Shown one piece after another: positions 1 through 11,400 of a stretch of 64,000 bases of DNA. The translations under genes were made by a program, and so were the position numbers. Source of the DNA: Monocercomonoides exilis PA203 (Eukaryota; Protista; Preaxostyla); contig LSRY02000078.1 of NCBI GenBank assembly GCA_001643675.2, forward strand, positions 1 to 64,000, given 5' to 3'. Position 1 is the first letter of the stretch. Every line of letters begins with the position of its first letter. Under the pieces are notes generated by a model, which was not told where the DNA came from, searched no databases, and was given only the letters and a program-made list of their open reading frames with translations.

Positions 1-1980
<1,980 letters not shown>

Positions 1981-2249
1981 ATTGGAAAGAAAAAGAAAGA
2001 AACAATAAATACTCCTCTAACAGACAAAGTTTCATCATCCTTTTGCAACGAAAATATGTGGATCAGTGGTCAATTGATTGAATACGCCACTTCTCCCACT
2101 CTTATTCCTCAACAGGCATTTCAAAATCTTCTCTCAACATTTCCAAAAAATAATGACATTTCAATTACTCATCACAATCACCTCAATCATATCAAAACGA
2201 ATTAACAAACAATAATAGATCATTACAAAACATTTCAAATAACAACACA

Positions 2250-4724
2250 ATGAATCTTCATCCTTCGAATCCGTTAACATCTCCATTTCCATCATCACAT
2301 TCACAAAACTTAACAAACATAACAAACAACAGTTTTAGAGGTTTAATCAATTTAGGCAACACATGTTATCATGCCTCTCTTCTTCAGTGTTTTTCTTCAA
2401 TCACTTCACAAAAACCATCAATCATTTCAAAAACACGCTCAAAACAAACATTATCATTTCAAATGATGAGTATTTGCTATCAAATCCTCAAAGATGGAAC
2501 GTCAGTGCGTTCATGGGTCCCATCTCTTATTGACAAATGGGAAGATTTCTGCAACAATGGCAGCAGACAGCAACAAAATGTTTCAGAAGCTTTCGAAAAT
2601 CTTCATAAATTGTTTGAAAAAGACGGATTATTAAATCAAGATAGTTTCAATCCAGTTATTATTTCTCATTTCAAATGTTTAAAATGTCAATTACTCACAT
2701 CACACATTGACCACATCAACAATAGCATTATCATCAATTCTTCATCAACTCACAATGATTTATCTTCTTTGTTTTCAACTGAAATACTAGATGGGAAAAA
2801 TAGTGTGTATTGTGAACAGTGCAAAGAAAAATGCTGCACTGCTTGTGAAGAGGAAATAATTTCATTTCCAGAGATACTAGCCCTCTCCCATGAATGTTCT
2901 GATTCTGCTAGTTCTCCACCTTCTCGAACACTTCTTATCGATACTGATATGTCGAATAAACGTTCATTTTGCAAAGGATTTGCAAATGAAAATAAAACTT
3001 CATTTCACAACAAAAATAAAGAAACAACATTCTATCATTTCATTGGTCAAGTTCTTCACAAACAGTTTGACAACAGTAATGGTTATTTCATTGCTGTTGT
3101 GGAAAGAAAGAAAGGATTGAGCAAGATGTGGATCACCTGTAACGATGATGATATTGATGAATTTGATAGTGGCAATTGGATAAAGTCCTGGAAAGATCTT
3201 TACACCCAGGGTTACACTCCTTCTCTTTCATTCTACGTTAAAGAGAACTCACTATCGACACATCCAACTATTCAATTTGGTGGTTTTTCTATTTCTTCCT
3301 CCTCTTCTCAATCTTTAAATGTCAACAACACAAACACAGATACAACTCCATCATCATCATTAATCACACCACATTATCATTCTTCTTCCATTCCACATCT
3401 TTCTTCATCAATCACATCTTCTTATGGATTGAAAGCTTTGAAAGAAAAAAGAAAGAAAATGGGCATCTTTTCTCCCAACGAAAAGAGATTAATCTTCAAG
3501 CCTAAGACAAAACTTTGGAAAGAGTTTTCAGAAGAAACGAACATCAAAGTTTCTCTTTTCCATTTCAACAAACTCACAACCAACTTCTCCAAAGCAAAAA
3601 GGAGAACAGATCTTTGTGGAATGTGTGAGAAGTTGAACTATTTGGAGAACAAAATGAAATCTTCACAAAACAAAAATGGACTTTCTTCTGCTGAGTTTCA
3701 TACACTCAAACTACTTCGACAACATCGTCTTGTTGCAGAAATGCAACGAAAACATTATCAATCAACTGTTAACAATCTCAAAGAGGGAGAAGCAGTCTTC
3801 GTCTTCGACTTTAAAGAAAAATGGAAACTCCCTATCAGAAAAAATCAACTTCAACAAGAATTCTTCAACTATCAACAAGTTTCTCAATTCACAATCATCT
3901 CTCTTCAAAAAATAAACAATCAACTAATTAAAAGAACTTTCAACTTCTTCTCCGACTGCCTCTCAAATGATCACAGATTTGTTATTGAGTGTCTGGAATC
4001 TGTGATCAAAAGACACTTCTTCACAGACACTCACACTTTTAAGTTCTTCTGCGATTCAGGTCCACACAACCGTAATCGCTTCCTTCTTCACTTCATCCTC
4101 TCCAAACAATCCAAGTTTCTCAAAAAGAAAAATACTCAACTCAATTTCTTCGCTGAGCATCATGGAAAAAATATCTGTGATAGTGAATTTGGTACGTTAG
4201 TGAATGCAATCGACAACAATCTTTCGACTGAACACATCACCACCCTTCATGACTTGATCAACTTCTTCGAAAACAATATGAACACTTCGACATCTGCTTC
4301 TTCAACTTCACAATCGAACATTTTCTCAACAACGTCATCAAACTCTTCACCATCTTCGACATCTGTCAATAACTTTGAGCATGAGAGGTACTTTGAAAAA
4401 TATGTACCGTCTCAACAAATCTCATGGCCATCATTGTCAGTCCCACACATGAAGGACTACTTATATTTTGAGCGCAAAGGCTCATTTGTCTGTGCTTCAG
4501 CTGTTGGATATCTTCCTCAACGCTCTCTGGTTGCCCTCGAATCTTCGACAATTAAAGAAAAGGTTCAACGTTCAAGAAAGTCATTTCACTCTGATATCAC
4601 ATCATCGAACTCTTCTCTTCTTTCTCAATCTTCTCAAGATCTTCTTTCAAAGAGATTTGATCTTCTTCTTGACTCTTCTTCTTTTAATGAATCTCAAAAC
4701 TGTTCTTTTGGTGTCCCCTATTAA
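2250..4724 (+). CDS. Fusion of a USP (peptidase C19)-like domain (aa ~30-331) and a Sola-type DDD transposase (aa ~420-680), 824 aa
   Basis: USP: Cys box RGLINLGNTCY (C39), QQNVSEAF, two CxxC pairs (CLKC, CEQC), His-box-like QVLHKQFDNSNGYFIAVV, WITCNDD. Transposase: LWKEF..KVSLFHF, TDLCGMC...H, VFDFKE (D520), SDCLSND, FFCDSG (D602), NFFAEHHGKNICDSEFG (D644). Uninterrupted ORF. Confidence 0.85.
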   Translation: MNLHPSNPLTSPFPSSHSQNLTNITNNSFRGLINLGNTCYHASLLQCFSSITSQKPSIISKTRSKQTLSFQMMSICYQILKDGTSVRSWVPSLIDKWEDFCNNGSRQQQNVSEAFENLHKLFEKDGLLNQDSFNPVIISHFKCLKCQLLTSHIDHINNSIIINSSSTHNDLSSLFSTEILDGKNSVYCEQCKEKCCTACEEEIISFPEILALSHECSDSASSPPSRTLLIDTDMSNKRSFCKGFANENKTSFHNKNKETTFYHFIGQVLHKQFDNSNGYFIAVVERKKGLSKMWITCNDDDIDEFDSGNWIKSWKDLYTQGYTPSLSFYVKENSLSTHPTIQFGGFSISSSSSQSLNVNNTNTDTTPSSSLITPHYHSSSIPHLSSSITSSYGLKALKEKRKKMGIFSPNEKRLIFKPKTKLWKEFSEETNIKVSLFHFNKLTTNFSKAKRRTDLCGMCEKLNYLENKMKSSQNKNGLSSAEFHTLKLLRQHRLVAEMQRKHYQSTVNNLKEGEAVFVFDFKEKWKLPIRKNQLQQEFFNYQQVSQFTIISLQKINNQLIKRTFNFFSDCLSNDHRFVIECLESVIKRHFFTDTHTFKFFCDSGPHNRNRFLLHFILSKQSKFLKKKNTQLNFFAEHHGKNICDSEFGTLVNAIDNNLSTEHITTLHDLINFFENNMNTSTSASSTSQSNIFSTTSSNSSPSSTSVNNFEHERYFEKYVPSQQISWPSLSVPHMKDYLYFERKGSFVCASAVGYLPQRSLVALESSTIKEKVQRSRKSFHSDITSSNSSLLSQSSQDLLSKRFDLLLDSSSFNESQNCSFGVPY

Positions 4725-4728
4725 GAAA

Positions 4729-4866
4729 CTAGTTGTTGTGTGTGCTTAGCTGGCACTCTATCGCAAGGGTGCTGGACATGACTGTTCGTATTAGATATTG
4801 CAGCCTTCGGGCTGCTTTATCCGGACCTGGATACGACGAACAGCCTCCCAGGTGCACAACAGTTAG
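4729..4866 (+). ncRNA. Putative structured RNA element (multi-stem fold with cUUCGg tetraloop) directly 3' of the transposase stop codon
   Basis: Paired by hand: closing stem 4729-4743/4852-4866, hairpin 4750-4759/4766-4775, stem 4782-4789/4836-4843, GATA 4794-4797/TATC 4818-4821, hairpin GCAGCC-TTCG-GGCTGC 4800-4815. The non-Watson-Crick pairs are G-T on the + strand. Expression is not shown. Confidence 0.55.
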
Positions 4867-4946
4867 AATCCGATTGTTTTCTTGTGCTTTTTGTCCCTAT
4901 AATGTCCCTATTTATTTCTTTGTTATTGTCCCGTTTATATTTGTAT

Positions 4947-5252
4947 TTATAGAGATTCATTAATAGAGAGAGTTGTGAGGGAATTCAAAGATCTTTGGGT
5001 GAGGTTTTTGGAAGGGATAGTTCTTGAGAGTGTGAAGTGATGTTTAATCATTGTGTCTGTCTTTTTCTTTTTGGATTTGATCTTTTGAGTCAAAGTTAGA
5101 GAACTATCAGAAAATGAAGAGTGGATGGAAAACAGAGGGAAATTAGACAAGTTTGTTTTTGTACCTAAAGTTTTTTTATTTTTTTGTTTTGAATTGCCTA
5201 TGACACCATGTATGTGTTGAAATATACTTTTTATTGATTTTTTATTGTTCAT
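4947..5252 (-). CDS. Small basic Lys/Ser-rich ORF (101 aa) convergent on the transposase; function unknown
   Basis: ATG-started ORF with a C/A-rich coding strand similar to the transposase ORF. No recognisable motif. Confidence 0.2.
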   Translation of the reverse strand: MNNKKSIKSIFQHIHGVIGNSKQKNKKTLGTKTNLSNFPLFSIHSSFSDSSLTLTQKIKSKKKKTDTMIKHHFTLSRTIPSKNLTQRSLNSLTTLSINESL

Positions 5253-7216
5253 ATGAATTGAAATTGAATTGACTGTCGGGAAATGTTTTAATGATGATAT
5301 AGTTAAAATATATTCCTTTGAGAGTGATGCAACAAAAAAGAAACTTATATGATGCTTTCTATATTTCAGATGATTAATACATTGAAGTGCTATTGTTATT
5401 TGTGTGTCATTTTGTTTTAAGATTGTTATCTTATTAGCAATGAATTTTTCTTTATGTTTTTCTCATCACTGAATATTCATCAACCGTTGTAGTTACTCAA
5501 CAATGAAGATATTGATATCAAAACAGTTATATATTGAATAGAACAATAATAAGAAACATGTTCTTTCATTAACAAAACATTTTTGAGTTTTATATTTTTC
5601 AAAGATAATTTTCTCCTTTGACATGAAAATTCAATAAAAATAAAAAAACACATTTTCACCTTTATTCAAACAACAAAAATTCAAAAATAATTTCTGATGA
5701 CTTATTTGCATTAATAAAGCAATTATATTCACAAATTAAATGAAACAAAAATAAAAAATTGTCATTCATTTTTGAAATTTTTGATCATTAAAAATACAAA
5801 TTATTATTAATGGCGCCATTAAGAATACCATGATCTATTTTGCTCAATGTGAATAAATAACGATAATAAACATGTCTGATGCTTTTTTGAAAATCTATTT
5901 GTGGAAAAAGTTGGTAATAATTTGTTTTTACATATTTTTTATTTGGGATGAAGTGTTGTGTGAAATGAATTGTTTCCCATGCACTGTCTTCGAAGATTTT
6001 TCTCATTATTTTACAGTTATTCGATATATTAAACATGTGAGAACGTTTGACTTATAATGACAAAACGGCATAAAAGGTTTGGAATAAATCGTTGTTATTT
6101 TTCACAAATATAAGATTTTTGACTTATTTGTTTGAAACCAGTCTTTCTATTTGACTCATCGACAATTTTTGATGAAACAAACAGAAAGACTATTCAATGT
6201 GACTTTTATAATTGTTTTTTATTTTTGACAAAGTTTGTTTTTATTAATTATTCACAAAATTCTCAAAAATTAATTTTTTGCTGCTTTGAATGCATTCTGT
6301 GAAATTATTATCAAATTATCAATGTTTTTCTTTAATAGAAAGTGTATCGGAAATATGAAATGTCACAGAACAAAAGCACCGTGTGAAAGATTGAAAAGTC
6401 AAGAAAAGAACTATATAAAGTACTGGAAAAGCTCCACAGACAGTACAAGAAAGATGAATATACACATAGAATGAAGTTTGAAACTGAAGAAGAGAATGGA
6501 TCTGAAACGAATTCTGGAAAAAAATCTTTGATAAGAAAATGAAGATGAGCAAGATAATTCTTGCCACGACGAGGAGAGATGAAGTTTGAAGAAAGTTCTA
6601 TTTAAAGCGGTAGCAGAAAGCGTGAGTGTTTAAAGGAGATGGATGGAGTGAAGACGCACCAGCAGTTCATGTGGAGCAAAAAATGTTATATGGGAGTTAC
6701 GGAGCAGATATGGAAGAGGAGGAAATAAAAACATTTCAGGATTAATCGGTCTGCGTTGGATTCTTAGCTGTTTGTGTCGAATGGGGCAGATACGCTGGAG
6801 AAGAAAAATATCATACGGTCAAAGAGGATAACGATTGAAAAGAAGACACAATTCACATCACATGAGAAGGAGTTTGGAGAAGAGGCAAAGTTGAATGCAC
6901 CCAGAGCAGCAAGCCTTGCAAGAACAGCAAGTGAATACAGCAATTATTGTGGAAATTGAGTTTTTCCATTCAATGTTACCAGATTTCTCGAAGAAGAGAT
7001 AAGTCAGGAAAGTTGAGATGGTGAAGGAGGCGGAGAAGATTCTTAACTCAGCGAGAGAAAAGAACAGAATTTCAGGTGGATCAATGTTGGTGATGGAGAA
7101 GATTGGAATAAATGTTTGTGTTGATTTTCTTTTTATTAAACAAACAAATATTATCAATTTATAATAAATAATTTATTTTTATTATTATTTCATATTCTTT
7201 TTCAAATATTGAACTA

Positions 7217-7663
7217 CAGTCAAAACCGGATATAATCACATCGGTTTTTGCAGGACTTTTTGTGACTATATCCGATTGTGATTATAAGCGATGTGACTTA
7301 ACACAGAAAAAAATGAAATTAAATTTTATAAATAATAAATTTTGGGTCAATTTTTTATTTTTGAAAAACTTGTCAAATACACATTTTTCAATAGAAAAAC
7401 AATTTTTTGGATTTTATTATGTTATTTAGACTTATTTTAACATTATTTTGAAAAATCGATTTTTTGAAAATTTTGATCAAAAAACCGATTTTTCATTGAA
7501 AAAATCACCCATTATAATTTAAAATGTGATTATATATTTTCATCCCTGTGATTATATTCGATGGAAAATGAATGAAAAATAGGCCAAAAATGTCGGTGCA
7601 TGGAAAAATGTGACTATAAACGAATGTGATTGTATACGACGTGATTATATCCGGTTTAGACTG
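7217..7663. mobile_element. Non-autonomous Tc1/mariner-pogo (Tigger-like) MITE, 447 bp
   Basis: 27-bp TIRs CAGTCAAAACCGGATATAATCACATCG / CGACGTGATTATATCCGGTTTAGACTG (2 mismatches). TA target duplication at 7215-7216 and 7664-7665. Internal TGTGAYTATANNCGA subterminal repeats; AT-rich non-coding interior. Confidence 0.92.
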
Positions 7664-8049
7664 TATTTGCTTTTATTTTCCTCATTTTCCTGTGAACAGA
7701 TATTCTTGATAGGGACTTATGTATTGATTTCGACGGTCATTTTGTGAATGTGCTAATTAACAATCTGCAGCTCATCGCTCACTGAACAACTTTGGAAGAA
7801 AAATCATTGAGACGCTTTATCTTTCCAGTCTGATTGGACTGGAGCAATCAATAACCAATATGTTCTGATCAAGAAGAGATAAAGGTGCAATTTTTGACTG
7901 GATAAAGTTTGTCAAATTTTTATCAAATTGTTTTCATTGTTTTTATCATATTTCTTGTTTTTTTATTAACTAATTCAAACTCTCATTTTATATTTTTCAA
8001 CAATTGATACAAAAAGATATGAGCCATAACTTTTCACGTTTTATTTCAT

Positions 8050-8950
8050 TCATCTTCTTCTTTTGAGAATGAGAAGCTGATTCTTCCACGAACACTTCAA
8101 TACATTTCTGTCGTCATTGGAGTCAGAGCTGATGAAAAAGACTGAACTAAAAAATTCATCTTCCTTTCCCTTGCTGTTGCCTTTGTTGTCCCTGCAATGC
8201 AACTGACTGCCACCTCTCCACGCACCTTGGCTACCTCTCAAAGCATATTTTCTTCATCCCCATCGCCTTCTTCATCTTCTTCTTTCTCAGATCAACTATC
8301 CACATATTGCTTCATTTCCGCATTGTTCGAATCAGTCAAGCGCCCTTCATTCAAAGAAAACAACCTTTCATATTTCAAACAAAAGACCCCCTCCTCTTCT
8401 ACTTCACCGCCAATTATCTTTTGAATTTATTTCTTCTCCATCACCCTCCAGATCTCCTTCTCCTCTTCCTCTCTCCTGCACCACTTGTCCTCTTTATTAT
8501 CATCAGCTTCCACAGAAAAGATCTCTTGCCACTGATATTCTCAATGGATGGTTCATCTTCTTTGTGCAACATCACAAGCACAACCAGAGCTTCCACAAGC
8601 TTTCAATGTGTTTATTCTGGCAGATCTTGTTCATTCTTTAAGTTTATAACAACATTCTTCTTCTTCTTTGATATCCTTCTCCCACTGAAAGAATATCATA
8701 CAGGAGGATACACTGCTCCACTCGCAGCATTCAATCACGTTTGATTCATTCATGCATTCTTCAATCATCCCAAATGACTCCTCATATCTTTTCCTTCATT
8801 TGAACCCCAACTGCCTACATCACTCTTCTCCCACATGCTGCAAACACAGTTCCAGAAAAATACCATTTGATTTCTATTGTTTCCATTCAGTCAACAAGTT
8901 TTCAATAACTGATGAATCATCAAAGTTCATCATTTGGGAACGACAATAGT
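8050..8950 (-). pseudogene. Decayed coding remnant of unknown family
   Basis: Protein-like stretches on the minus strand (e.g. KLVEALVVLVMLHKEDEPSIENISGKRSFLWKL) broken by many stops. Confidence 0.3.
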
Positions 8951-9829
8951 TCAGTCCGACTGTGAGTGTCAGGGCATACGGGTTGAGGGAGCCTTCAGTT
9001 GCATCACACCTGAACGAATGAATGAGAGGAAGAAGAAGGGGAAGAAGAGAGAGAGAGAAAGAGTAGGAAGAGAGGAACAAACATGTTATGAGTGAAATAC
9101 TTTGTGGAGAAATTATGTAAAAAAACCAAAGACAGCGTTGGGAATGAAAAATTGACAGAGATTCCAAGATGCAAGAAGAGAAATGATTATTATCAAAGTT
9201 TTAAAAAAGGAAAAGAGATCAATAAAGCAGCGTGGTTGATTGAGAAAACCAGGCATAAGAAAAGACCTCCAAAAGAGGGTTATTGAAGAATCTGCTTGTG
9301 AAAAACGATTGAATACGATAGGGAAGCGCCAAAATGATGAACGTTTAAAGTTTGGAAGGGAAAACACTGAAGATGGATTTCAAACATTCTCGAGAGGTTT
9401 GTTATTATTATTTTTGATTTTCAAAATGATTCTTTTTTCGCATTCAGGATACAAAAAGAATTGGAGATCGCACGACAAAGAAGAAGATTCGACAGAAGCG
9501 ACGAAAAAGGAGAATGTGAAAAGAACTAATAATGAAGAAGGTGAAGATGCAGCTTATTTCGTGCATACCTGACATTCAGCTGTTGAAAAGAACAGTTTCA
9601 GAGGAAGGATGATTTTCATGAAAAAAGGGAAGTGAAATTTGAAAATGAGGAAAGAGCAGCTTGTAAAAGAAGTTTTGCAATATGTTATAATTTTAATAGA
9701 TTAATGAGGAAAGATTGAGTTGAATGAATAAAAGTATTGATGAAGATTATTTTATCTTTCCAAATAATATGCATTCACTCACTTCTATCCACTTCCACAG
9801 CTGCTGATGAAATCTTTTTCCACTCTTCC

Positions 9830-11400
9830 TTAAGATTCTCCTTCTGACAATGATCCATTTGCATTAGACTTGTTCCTATCAACCTTCTTTTCTTCGCTGT
9901 TTCTCTTTCCAACAGCTAACGACAGATTGCAGGGAGCGAGGAGCAATCCGCTGAACGTGAGAGCCATGGTGTCAGGTGTGTGGTTGGCTTGCACGCAGTC
10001 AAGCTCAGAAATGAAAAGCAGAGAAGAGTTGTGAGAGGGGATGCCGTGGAGGGTGCATCTGCGGTTGAGGAGCCACAAGGAGGAGACAGGGAGGAAAGCG
10101 TCGCCAGGCCAGAGGGAGGGCATGGAGGGGCTGTTGTTGGCGAACCCGTAGCGGTCGACACGGATGCTGCTGGCAGCTGCAAAGAGTGCGCCCAGCTGTG
10201 CGCCAGAGATGTTTGTGTCTTTGAGGACAGTGGTGATGCTCTGGCAGTGGATGAGAGAGGTATTCCATTCGCAGACACTCTCTTGTGCCTCTTGTCCATA
10301 TTGAACATCTGATGCATCTGGCTCAATGGTCACTCTGCGCTGTTGCTGCAGCCGTATAAGGAGTTGCTGGCGGAAGTTTGTGATGGCTGGGGAGCACCTC
10401 CATTAATTGAGCAGGCATCGAGCGTGAGTGAAGAGCAATGGGAGAACAAGGTTGCAAGCCCAAGAGCAGAGGGAGCTCCTCTCTGGGAGATGGTGCAGTT
10501 TGCGAGATGGCAGTGAAGATGGAATGCATCATAGTGAAGAAGCTTATTGACTGATTAAACACAGTGAGATGAGAATAACAACGCTGAAACCTCCAACGGA
10601 GAGATCCATGGTGATGTGATGCTCAATAAAGTTTCTGATGTAATCGTCGAACAGGAGCACAGGCGAGGCAACATTGAGGGCGGAGAAGTTGGCGTCGGAG
10701 AAGAAGAGGGAGGAAGCAGCGAGAGCATGATGAGCAGGGCAGGTGATGGGGGAGGGAATGGACATACATATTGGAGAGGCAAAGGGTTCCTCGGCAAGAA
10801 CAAAGGTGGGTGGAGTTGAGGTGGACGAGCTGGTAAACCGCGGAAAAGAGGAAGGAGTACACAGCTAGTTATCCGTCGAGGAGGAAGAAGAGGGAAGAGT
10901 GGGCTGATCCAGAGGTATTTTTCTATTGAGCGGTTGATGTATAACACAGTTATGGAGATGAAGTCGCAGGGGTAAAGCAGGTAGCTGACCTGGCGAGCAG
11001 AAAAGCCGGTGTCCTGATCGATGAACATTTAGTAGGCGCGGTAGGATGTGATGAAGGGGAGGAGGTCGACATCGAGGTTGGGGCTGGTGGGAGGAGTGGG
11101 AGGTGAAGTGGAGGTTGAAAATGAGAGAGGGAGGTGGAGTGAGTCTGAGGGAAAGGGCGCGAGGGATGGTCGGGCAGGGAGCAGCTCGAATCCGCTGAGC
11201 TCGTCGAGCGAACTGATATCGGCGCTGGGCATGTTCCAGTTGAAATGGGCTGTATCAACCACAGCCAACACCACGTGCTCGAGGGCAAACTGCCTGGAGA
11301 CATCAGCCTCCCCCAAGAACACACCGTAACCCAAGCCATGGGTCTGTGTCTGGCCTCGCTAGCCTCCTCTTGCATCGCTGCGATCTTTACACATCCCCCA
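9830..11400 (-). pseudogene. Disrupted member of a large protist surface/pectin-lyase-fold-like family
   Basis: DLLPFITSYRAY*MFIDQDTGFSARQVSYLLYPCDFIS aligns by eye with VMRYQNETIFVSS...DSKQCGEFNAPCHSL at 22750-22850. In-frame TAA and frameshifts. The family assignment is inference. Confidence 0.45.

Larger units (their letters stand above)
2250..4935 (+). mobile_element. Putative Sola-like DNA transposon (right portion); termini not defined, left end probably outside the window
   Basis: Intact DDD transposase ORF followed by repeated TGTCCC motifs at 4712, 4892, 4903 and 4927. No paired TIR is visible in the window. Confidence 0.55.

Noticed and set aside
2047-2090. NENMWISGQLIEYA as the start of a Ulp1/C48 protease (WLND..I..Y-like)
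   Set aside because: Only a short resemblance; no downstream HW or Q...DCG motifs.
2250-4724. Calling the ORF a Fanzor/TnpB nuclease because of the downstream RNA
   Set aside because: The motifs fit a Sola-like DDD transposase. I see no RuvC D-E-D arrangement with a C-terminal zinc finger.
4729-4866. Identification of the structured element as a hammerhead ribozyme, SECIS or tRNA
   Set aside because: No CUGANGA/GAAA core on either strand, the AUGA at 4778 lacks a properly placed GA partner, and there is no cloverleaf or TTCRA T-loop.
6286-7157. Purine-rich ORF fragments as a gene or transposase
   Set aside because: Multiple stops in all frames and no recognisable motif; cannot be assigned.
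7261-7300. Short repeat arrays as CRISPR
   Set aside because: The 15-bp units have no unique spacers, sit inside a TIR/TA-bounded MITE, and the context is eukaryotic with no cas genes.
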